Below, piece by piece: positions 38,671-49,086 of a DNA stretch of 64,000 bases. Below the pieces are notes generated by a model, which was given only the letters and a program-made list of their open reading frames with translations, ran no database searches and was not told the origin of the DNA. How positions within the stretch are numbered: the stretch's first letter is position 1; every line of letters starts with the position of its first letter. Where the stretch lies: positions 68,572,001-68,636,000 of the forward strand of contig CM052822.1 of the NCBI GenBank assembly GCA_028534125.1, read 5' to 3'. The stretch comes from Lama glama (taxonomy: Eukaryota). The position numbers and the translations under genes are program-made.

Positions 38671-41501
38671 CGTTTTAAAGAGACATACTATATCCAAATA
38701 TAGAAGGTAAACACTGAGATTTTGTGCCACCAGTATGTATTTTGCCTATATATTTTCTAAGTAGCATGAATTTAAAGATTAAAAGTCTACTTTACATAAT
38801 AAAGAAAAAAAGACTTAGATTTATGTACTGGAAGACCTTAGAGTAAGAAGGAATGGCATTACGTATGCCAGTGGTTCTCAGCCTTTTCGAGCGTCAGAAC
38901 CCCTTTTAGTCTTGAAATCTTTTGAATCTTTTTATGATAATTGTTAATTAAAACCTTATGTAATAACAAAAAGGGTGAATTAACTCTACATGTTAAAGCA
39001 ATTTGTCCTATTATCAAAACAGTGTTTAACTGGATTTCCTGTCCACTCTACTTGGGAAACAGATCTCACATCCATCTTAACTGCTGCCACGTTAGCACAA
39101 GCCACATCACTTCTGGCTAGGTCTGCTTTATTTAAGCCTGTTTCCACTCATGTCTAGTCAGAAGCAAGTGATGTTTAAAAAATAGAATTGGATCATATCA
39201 CTCCCATACATCAAATTCTTCAAAATATTTCTATTACATTTAGCATAAAATACAAAATTCCTGACTGTGGCTTCGAAGACCTGATTGATGATTCCTGCCT
39301 CCCCTCCAGGCTCATTCTAGGCCAATGTTTTCCTTGCTCTCTATGCTTCACTCTCACTGGCTCTTTTCAGATTCCTGAGCACTCCTAGTTCTTTCCCGTT
39401 TTTGAGCCTTTGCACATGCAGTTCCTCTCCTGGAAAACTCTTTCCCCTAAACTTATGGCCGTTTTTCCTCATCTTTCATGTCTCATATTATCTGTTGCTT
39501 TCCCAGCAAGTTCTTCTTTGCTAACCAGACTAAATTAGATCCTTCATTTACTGCCATTATTTATTCTTTCTTGTAGAACACTGTTACTGTCTCATCACAA
39601 TTTGTAACTATTCACTCATGTGCCTGCTTATTTGTTTATTGTCTACCTCCCTCATTTAATGAAGACAAAGTCTGCTTTTGCTTGGATACGTCTTTATATT
39701 TAACATCCAGTGTATTGCCTGGTACATATAAATATTTAGTAAATTAAAAAAGTAAATGCATGCATATATAGATTTGGAATAAAATACACATGTATGTATA
39801 CATAATATTAACTTTCAGTCGTCTCATGATGCTTGCTTCACATATGGATCCATAAAACTGTTGCATTAATTTCAGAAACGTCCAGTGGACCCCTGCACAC
39901 AAAGTGAGCTCTACCCTAATCTCTCATTAATTCATTTGTATAGTACATATGTACTGAGATCCTACTATGTGCTAGGCATTGTGTTCAATGCTGGGGATAT
40001 TTTATAAATCATTGTTCCTTCACTATTTAATGTGTAGATGAAAAACCCATAGACCCAGAAATATAAATTGACGTAGCAAGAGAAGCCCAAACTGGAACAT
40101 AGATTTTAAAAATTGATAGTTTCTTATTTTCCTGCCTCCTTTCCTAAACTGGGGAAAGCAGGATATGATCTAACTTGTTGAACCCACTAACAAAATGCCA
40201 CCAAGAACACACCAGTAATTTTTTCTTTTAATGAGGTTTATTTTGCTTTATGCAGCAGGGAGAACACACTTCAGAGAACCTCAGAAGTGCCCCAGCAAGG
40301 GGGAGCTGGAAGGAGTGTCTTATGGGGTTTGAACTTGCGCTGGATAATTCTGAAGATGAAGTTAGATGTGTGGGGTCAGTTCAGAATTAGATGCAGTGAA
40401 GAAGAAGGAGCAATTTGGTAACTGGGTACCTCAAAAGTCTTTTTTAGGAGGTAGGAGGATTAATTAGGGCTAGAGCTGTCACTGGTAAAGAAACAGCAAT
40501 AGTAAAAAGAAGGGTGGTTATCAGTCACTATCTGATGTTAGTTATTTGGGGGGTCATAGAGAGGGTTTGTCTGTCTTTTTCTGAGCTTTATTTTGCACTT
40601 TCTTAACATAAAAATAAAAATGTTCTTGAAACTGCATTAGCAAGAAATAACATTTATTGAATACACACATTATATGTCAAACATTCTTCCAAGCTATTTA
40701 CATACGTTAACACATTTAATCTTCACAACAACCTTAAGAGAGAAGTTCATTTATGATCTCAGTGTACAAATAAGAAAGTGAAGATATAGAGGTTTACATA
40801 ATTTGTTCAAGTTCATACTAGTAGTGAGGATAGAGCTAGAATTTGAATCCAGGTCCCTATTTCCAGAGAAAAAGTACTGTACTATATTTAAATGCCCATC
40901 GGTACAAAGTATTTTCATGCCAGAATTAAAGTGTTAATTTTAAATTTATTTAATTGTCATGGTGACTGGCCTCACAGCAAGCCTGCAGTCCACTAGTAGG
41001 AAAAGGTTGCTGTAGAAAAGACTGTATTGCTGTGACTATGGATAGAACCAAGAAGCCTTAAGAGTTTGGGAGATTGGAAATGAGCTACGCCATTCTGAAA
41101 AGCTACAGACAGGGTGAGGAGAAGCAGGCAGGTCCTGCTGAGAAGAAGTACATACATAGGATTTGGAATCAAACTAAAGTCGGAATCCTTGAACCAAGCA
41201 TCATTCACTAGTTGTGTGGCTTTAACTAAGTTTCCTAATGTTCTTACTCTGTAAAATAATATAAAAATTATCCACCCACTTTTTTTTTCCTGTGAAAATT
41301 TAAAAGTTTTCTAAAGTACCTATATCACTTAGTACAGTGTTTGTACAGTATGGAACTCTACTACCACAGGGCAGGCTAGGTGATTAATGTGGTAAATACT
41401 TGTATTATCTGACACTGGTGTCTTGAAATCTCCGTAACCACCCCAGGTTCCCTTTACTCAGCGGGATTGTATCCCTTGAGTCTCCTCTTTCTGTGTTCCA
41501 G

Positions 41502-41643
41502 GTGTTATTTCATTTGTTAGTGAAGATACCAAAGGCTTAAGTAGTCTTTTCTACTTATTATACTTGAAATCCAGTAACCAGTCTTGTATGGGGACTCTGA
41601 TTGCTCCTAAGTGGATGATAACAGCGGCACACTGCTTCTTACC
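41502..41643 (+). pseudogene. PRSS58/PRSS37-like pseudogene, exon 2
   Basis: 142 nt after ttccag, GVISFVSEDTKGLSSLFYLLYLKSSNQSCMGTLIAPKWMITAAHCFLP. Has the TAAHC motif and the same length and phases as PRSS37 exon 2. Donor mutated to ATAAGT. Confidence 0.9.
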
Positions 41644-42084
41644 ATAAGTGATGGGGAGCAATCTGCTCTGTTAAGGCTTCAACGCTGGGACTCAACACTT
41701 CTCATGGAAATTGTGAAAAACCCATGCTGATCAGGAAATCCTAAGAATTTGATGGTGAAGGGGAGGGAGCTCAGCTACCCGGATAAAACCTAACTACATA
41801 GCCTTATGTTTAACATGTTCAGAAAGGAAAAAGTAATATGGTATAATATATCTCACATACATAATAAAAATAAACCTGCAAATTGTTCTTAATGGTTTTA
41901 AGATTCATCTGAACTTTTGGATTCATCCAAACTTTTATTTTTCATTGCTATATAATATTTCAACGTGAATGTCACACAATTTGGTTCATTCTTCCCTTGA
42001 CAGATATTTGAGTTATTTCTAGTTTTCTACTGTTTTGAACAGTTACTTTAAACATACTTGTACCATGTACCTTAAAAATATATA

Positions 42085-44180
42085 TCTGTGTAGCAGTTAT
42101 TCACTGTAGTCTAATAAAGTATCATCCCAGTAGGGAACCCTGAACAGTTTAGATCCTCCCATGTTGTATTCTGAAATAACCACTCTGTATTTCATTGATT
42201 TTCTTTTGTTTGGTGATCTCTGAGGCAGGATTCAGAGTTTGGCAATGCAACATGAAGGAGTAGGAAAAGTATTGAAGTGTGGGTGGAAAACTTGTTAAAA
42301 ATCTGAGAGTTTGAAGTTTAAGCTAAAAGACATTTGAATTTGGAATTGACTGGGAGGCCAAAGATTTAAAGAAGTGGAAGATTCTCTCAAGATACGAGGA
42401 GTAAGTTGTGTTTTGCTTGTGTGTTTTGTGTGCATGATGGAGATTTGTAAATGACGTTGAACTCTGGGTGAATTCTCAACTCCAACAATCATTGTCAACA
42501 GAAAGTCAAGCTGCAAATATTTATGCTTTAAATCTTAAATTATAAGCCTAGTTAAATCTTTCTAACAACTAGTTTTAATGTTCATGGGTACATTTTATGT
42601 AAGTTACTTTTTACAGTATATATGAAAAGATTCATGCTAAGTACAAATTATAGAATGGAGATCAGTTTGGGGAATAGGTTTTTGTGGATTTGTTGATACT
42701 TTAAAAGAAAAAGATTTGATTTCTGGGGAATTGGGACCAATTTTCTTATCTAGATTTTAAGACTAGAATGCCCAAAGCAAAAGTATGAAGGAAATTACAA
42801 TCCTTTTTTAAAGTGATCCGTGAAAACATTGTTACTGGAAATTGAATAGACTTGAGTCCTTGATTCTGGAAAATAAGGATTTGATTGTCAGGCCTATATT
42901 AGGTTCTGAACCTTAATGCCATATATTTGTACTTATTAAAATTTTTTTCCATGAAAACTACATTAGTAATATGATCTTCTGGTCTAGTTGGGAGTTGATT
43001 TGAAAAATGTGATATTTGCATGGGACTGTTTGAATCTTTGTTTTTTCAGTTTCCCCTCCTGGATAGGATTGAAGCTAGAATTTTCCCTTTTGATAAAGGA
43101 ATAAAAAGTAAACATGTTATTTGTAAATTAATGATTAGTGCTAGAGAGAAAGTTGAAATACTTAGAATACATTATAAGCCTAATCCTAGGTAGCCATATA
43201 AAAATATTGATTTTTAACTGTCTTCTAAACCTGTATTCACATTGGTTTTTCAAGATATTTTAAGTTATATTTTCCCTTTTCAGGGCTGCTTCTATGGCAC
43301 TGCTTTTTTTTTTTTTTTTGTAAATTGAGGTGTAATTCACAAAGGGCTGCATTTTTTGATAAGGTTTTTTACAACTATGGTTCATGTTTTACTCTAGTCT
43401 TCTAAGAAGGGCCATTTTACTTTTTAGAGTCACTTCTAATGTCATGTGGTATTTAACTTTGGGGACTATTTTGCATATGAATGCTAATTCAGATTTAAGC
43501 TTAAGTCATCACTTATCTCTCCATGAATGTTGACAATGGAAGTAGTACCTTTCCTGTAGTTTCAGTTCTTGACTGAAAGGCTGGGGAAAGGAACTTCATT
43601 TTCTTTTTTTGCATATATCAGGAAAACAGCTATTGTGTGGTTACCTTGTTGACCTCAGCAGATGAACTGGACTGATAGTGTTAATTCAGATTTAAGAAAT
43701 TATCTGAATCTGGGTTTGTGTAGATTTGTGATCTACATGTAATATTAACTAGATCAGATAGATTTTACATTTTCATATATGTACATAGGCCCTTCCCACT
43801 CATCAACATCCATTAGTTTATGGAACTTGTAAGCTGGCATCGAAACGTTGTAATGCTTTGTTGCACTAGTTTTATAAGCTTTTACAGTGCCATACATGTT
43901 ATGTTTCAGAGACAAACCAAAGGTTAATTTCTCAAGGTTCTTACTGTTTGCTTTAGCAGCATTTAATGGGAGATCTTTTATATACATTTGTAATAGATGA
44001 AAAATAAACCAGATTGCAAATCTTTTTTTTTTTTTTAAATTTTAAAGCAAACCATGTACCAAGTTTTTGGTACAAATTGTGTAGGATAAGTTAAATTTAA
44101 ATTGCATTCTTTTAACCAGTATGAGTGTGTTATAAGTATAGTTATGTTGAAATAAAGTTTTAAAAAGCAGGGAAAAAAAA
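42085..44180 (+). pseudogene. 5'-truncated processed retrocopy of an mRNA 3'UTR (parent gene not identified)
   Basis: AU-rich, UTR-like, non-repeat block ending in AATAAA (44151-44156) and a short A tail. It interrupts an old L1 that continues on both sides. Candidate TSD aaa(a/g)atatatat. Confidence 0.65.
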
Positions 44181-44199
44181 GATATATATGTATGTATGT

Positions 44200-45520
44200 C
44201 TGTGATATATATTTTGTACATATATGTGTTGATATATGCACATATTGGTTTATATCTCTAAGTATACTTCTTGGTATATAACTAGAGTATGTAATTAGGA
44301 GCTGAATTGCTGGTCATAGAGCATGCAAATGTTCACTTTTACATACCCTCCAGCAGTTTATGAGTCCTTCCAACATTGGATATTATCAAACTTCTCAATT
44401 TTTTTGCTGATTAAGTGTCAAATATCTTATTATGGTCTGAATTTTATTACCTTTACTAGTAGTGATAATTAGTATCTCCCCCCTTCCCCACCATCCTCCT
44501 CCTCTTCCTCCTTCTGACAATAATGTTTCTTTGGGAAAATATTCTTTTATGTCTTTTGAACATTTTGTGTATTAAATTTTTAAAATACTGCTTTGTAGGA
44601 CTTCTATAAAGGCTCTAGATATTACTCATTTGCTAGTTACATATGTTGAAAATATCTTCTTCCATTCTGTGGTTTGATCTTCTCTTTATGGTGAATTTTG
44701 ATGAATAAGAGCTCTTAACTTCAATATAATTTAATTAAAACGAGTTATCAGTCTTTATCTGTGATTACTGAGCATTGTGCCTAGTTGAAAATATCTTTTA
44801 TGACCTCAAGATCAGAGAGATATTCCTTTACACTTACTTCTACAGATTTTAAAGTTTTGATTTTCATATTTAAATTTTACATAATTTGGATTATAATTTT
44901 TGTGAATGATGTGAAGTAGGGATCCAATTTCATTTTTTTTAACATTTTTTAAGCTAAAAATCCAAATATCGTTTGTCAGTGGTCCCCTTTTTCCCCAGTG
45001 ATTTACAGTGCCTACTCTGTCATTTGTCAAAGTTCCATCTGTACGTGGGTCTGTTTCTGGGTTGTTGCTGCTGTTCAGTTGGTTTATTTATTATAGACCA
45101 CAATGCCTTAATTATTATGCCTTTATCATAATTTGTGATTTCTGATATGGTAGCCCAGCCATCTTATTCTTCATCAGGAATGCTTAGGAATTCTCTTACA
45201 TAAATTTAAAAATTAGCTTGTCAATTTCTATGAAAACCTCTGTTGGGATTATTTGGAATTGCTTTGACTTTTTATATATTGATATTTTTCTGATATTGAT
45301 TGTTCCTAGCCATGGATCTGAGATAGCTCTCTATTTATTTATGTTTATCCCTTTGATGCATTTCAAGAGTGTTGTATTATCTGCATACATTTCTCACACA
45401 TATCTTATTAAATTTGTTCTTAAAGTGCTTTATATTTTTCTATCATATTTTAATTGAAGTACTTGCATACAATTATATTTTCTGTTTATTAGTGATGATG
45501 GAAATGCAATTAATATTCAG
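44200..45520 (-). mobile_element. Old L1M ORF2 fragment (continues the piece at ~41930-42070)
   Basis: gaattgctggtcatagag, gtagggatccaatttcattttt, aaaattagcttgtcaatttct. Confidence 0.7.
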
Positions 45521-46617
45521 AAATCGAAGGGAGCATATGTTTGGTGTAGAGGACCAAACAGACTGAGATGATCCAATGAGAAATACTGCAACAGTCAGCA
45601 AAGACAACTTGGCCAAAGACAAGTCATCTCCACCTGGAGGCCCAGCAAAATCCTTTGTTCCAAGCAGATAAAATTAAGTATGGTAGTTCTCAGGAACACA
45701 CAAAAAACAAGACTAAGGAAAGTCCTTATAATCTTTTGTAAAAGTGACCCAAAGCAAAGTTTGTCTGAAGGATGCTGCTCTGATGAGCTCTTCTGAACTT
45801 GTCAGTCCCTGGGGTTGGCTCAAGAATGCACTTACCAGGCCTATTCCTTTTCTAGTCCTTTAGACTTTATCTTATAAACTCCAAACAAACTGACAAGAAC
45901 AGACGGAGAGACAGATGGTACTGCTGTCAGGAGGCAAAATAAACTTAGCAGTTGGGAGTGCACCAACAAAATTTATGCTCAGTACCAATTTGTACTTATT
46001 TCACTATTGTGGTTGGGGAGATCCCTGAGAGGGAGACTCAGGGGTCTCAGAGGAGTGTTCTTTCTGAACATAGGGTCTTGAGCCATGTTAGTGAGTGGAT
46101 CTCAGTTGGATTTCAGTGGAACATCCAGGATTTTTGACTACTGTTCTCCTAAAGGACCCTCAGAAAACCCTGTTAATTCAGCAAAGTTTTGATTGAGATG
46201 AGTAGAGCATAGTATATTTGGATCCTCCCTAGCTTTAAAATATTTCAACTCTATAAAATGTTATTTATTTCATTTGTACAATCTCCTATTTCCTGTCTCC
46301 CCCACAACTCCCAAAAGAGCCTTCCTAACAGAACCTACTACTTTCAGAGAAGCCGTGACTATCTACTCACATGCTTCTTTCAGTTGTTTCTAGATCTTGA
46401 ATTGGAGCTTCTCCCTGGAAATATGCTAAGATTGGAGACCAAGCTATTGCGTTGTTTAACTCCTGGAGACACCATTCACGCTATAATCTATGTGAATGGA
46501 AACCCATTGAATTGTATAGTGGACAACCTACATGACCACATGTGGTGGCTATGCATAAAGGGTCAAATGGACAGAGATGAGAGGAGAAGGTTTAATGGGT
46601 CACTATGGAAGGAAACT

Positions 46618-46644
46618 CTGTGTGTGTGTGTGTGTGTGTGTGTG
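46618..46644. repeat. (TG)n microsatellite
   Basis: Directly visible, ~55 nt upstream of pseudo-exon 3. Confidence 0.9.
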
Positions 46645-46699
46645 ATTAGCCTTGTGATGTGTGATAGGATCAATCTTTTTTTTCTCCTTCATTTTCCAG

Positions 46700-46951
46700 A
46701 GATCTCCAGGTCATCTTAAATGGTGGTAGCCAGAGTTTTCAAGACTTTACTGGGGAGATTCTGCCTTATGAAAAGATCATTGTTCACCCAAACTTCACTG
46801 TTACTTCTCCTAAAAATGATCTTATGCTGATCAAGTTGTCTGTTCCTCTTTACCTTCTTTTCCATCAGCATTTTTCAGTTGCCTACTGTCAAGGCAGAGA
46901 ATGTTAGAAATTGCCCGGTTTACACCTGCTTAGAGAATAAAGAATCTTTTG
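46700..46951 (+). pseudogene. PRSS58/PRSS37-like pseudogene, exon 3
   Basis: After ttttccag: DLQVILNGGSQSFQDFTGEILPYEKIIVHPNFTVTSPKNDLMLIKLSVPL, then a frameshift near 46850, then TFFSISIFQLPTVKAENVRNCPVYTCLENKESF|gtgagt. 252 nt is out of phase. Confidence 0.9.
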
Positions 46952-47462
46952 GTGAGTGACTGTCAAAAAGAAGAGTTAGCTGCCTCCTTAGATATATTCA
47001 CATCTTCAGGATCTCTGAGGAACTAGGGGAAGGAATTGGAATGTATTTCTAACCACATGTGCAAAGCTAGAAAGAGAGCAACAAATTTGGAGCTTCAGAG
47101 TGCTTTGGGAATCAAATCTTAAATCAAAGTGTTGCATGTATCTATCACATGGGGCACACATTGCAGAAATCTGGGATTCAGGGACTTATGTTTGAGTTTT
47201 GGTTCTGCTATTTATTCTAGGGTTATTGACAAATTCTTTAACTTCTTTGAATCTTAATTTGCAAGTTGATGAAAATTATATTTTTCCTTTATCTATCACC
47301 TTACAGCGATATGGTTATCAGTTACAGTGATATGGTTATCAATTACAGCACGATGATAATAGCTACCATTTGTTGAGCACTAATTATGTCCCAGGCACTT
47401 AGTATCCTATACATGTCATTTAGTTGTCATCATACATCAAGTAGATAAGTTTTCTTAGGATT

Positions 47463-47614
47463 AATTATTTTTAAAAAATTATTTATTTTATTATTTTTTG
47501 GTGGGGGGAGGTAATTAGGTTTATTTATTTATTTAGTTTTAGAGAAGGTACTGGGGATTGAAACCAGGACCTTGTGTATGCTAAGCATGTGCTCTAACAC
47601 TATACTCTCCCGTC
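47463..47614 (-). mobile_element. tRNA-derived SINE, camelid Vic-1-like, with 17-bp TSD
   Basis: Same family as 21306-21448. Flanked by taagttttcttaggatt at 47446-47462 and 47615-47631. Inserted in a MIR. Confidence 0.88.
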
Positions 47615-47945
47615 TAAGTTTTCTTAGGATTTATATCTTATAAATGAGGAAATGAAGACTTAGGGGGATTAACTAATTGTCCAAGGTCACAAACTTGATG
47701 ATGGCAGAGCTTGGATTCAGATCTTGTTTGATGTGTGGAGTGTCTTGGTTGGTACCACTCTGTGATGCTGATCATCTTTCAAAGACGATAAGTGAGCAGG
47801 AGGATATGTTTAATCCATGCTATATTCCATCAGTTCTTCCTCTGAAGCCCATTTTAACTGAAAAGAGGCCGTGAAGGAGAAAAAGGCAAGATGCCTTATG
47901 AAAATGCAAATTGGAATGAAAGTCTCCTTTATTTCTCGTACTTAG

Positions 47946-48071
47946 GAAATTCAAGAAGTAACCTGTATAATTTTCAGAAAAATTATTGGGTGAAAAAAAT
48001 TACTGGGTGAAAAGTTTCTTTAAGACATGTTCTGTATAGGAAGCATAGCACAAATCAGAGATAAATGCCAG
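47946..48071 (+). pseudogene. PRSS58/PRSS37-like pseudogene, exon 4
   Basis: Acceptor cttag; 3' part reads KLLGEKFL*DMFCIGSIAQIRDKCQ|gtaacc (trypsin-like MFC.G...D.CQ). In-frame TAA, internal short duplication, 126 nt instead of 137. Confidence 0.75.
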
Positions 48072-48453
48072 GTAACCTTCTTATCTCATTTGCCTATAAG
48101 CTCAACCCTCTTTGCCTTTGTGTCTCCATTACCTCTCATCCTTCATTGAGGGTCTATATTTCGCAGTCAGGCTGAAAGCACAGAGTTGAAGAAAGATGAC
48201 TGTGTCTCACCCACCCTGTGTTAGAGATGAGAGAAATAGATTTTTTAGATTTTTATATCTTCCAGCTACTGTTTTGAAATTTCTGTCTAGGGATGATTGG
48301 GAGGTAGGGGTAGTCAGTGCAGCGGCAAGAAGCTTTCACACTATTATATCTGGGGCCCTTTTGCAGGTCAATATACTAGCGTTCATTTTTTTCAAGTGTT
48401 AAGGAATTCCCAGACGGGAGGGAAGTTCTGATCCCCTCTGCTCTGTCTGGCAG

Positions 48454-48602
48454 GCGGTCAGAGCTGCACCAGTCACATGTGGCAGCGAATTACATGGAGT
48501 TATATCTGGGCAACCGGATGTATTCTGAGAGATCGTGTTGTTGTCTTCACTGACATCCACAGCTACATGCCATGGATCAAGAACATTATGTCTACAAAAT
48601 AA
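48454..48602 (+). pseudogene. PRSS58/PRSS37-like pseudogene, exon 5
   Basis: AVRAAPVTCGSELHGVIS / 1-nt deletion near 48506 / WATGCILRDRVVVFTDIHSYMPWIKNIMSTK*. Parallels recalled PRSS58 [32 protein letters not shown]...YIPWIENV. Confidence 0.9.
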
Positions 48603-49050
48603 GCTGATAGAGAACTCTACTGACACCCTTACATCCCAGCCGATCCATGACAACCACACTGAGTATTTCAGTCTCAGTTTTTCCTAGGATCTAGGCTTGA
48701 TTGGAGTTTCGAAAGAGATCATTAATGACTCCTGGGTGTTGGCAATCCTCTCGTTTCTCTAACTGCTTCTTTGCTTATCCCCAGCTCATGAGTGAGTGTT
48801 TATAACGATGAAAACATGAATGCTGGTCTTAAGAAGTAGAGTTCACCCAGGAAGCTTTTTGGATTCTACCAACTCAGACACTTCTGTTAAAATACTCACT
48901 GTTTTATCCTGAGAACACAGAAAACAAGTAGAAATGATGGACAGTAACTATCAGGAGTCTATTTGGGCTAGATGCAACCACATAACTGAACAGTATTTGT
49001 CTGAAATGATTTAGCAATTCTTCTAATGACCAAATGTCTCCTGGGTGAAT

Positions 49051-49052
<2 letters not shown>

Positions 49053-49084
<32 letters not shown>
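49053..49084. repeat. (GT)n microsatellite
   Basis: Directly visible. Confidence 0.9.
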
Positions 49085-49086
<2 letters not shown>

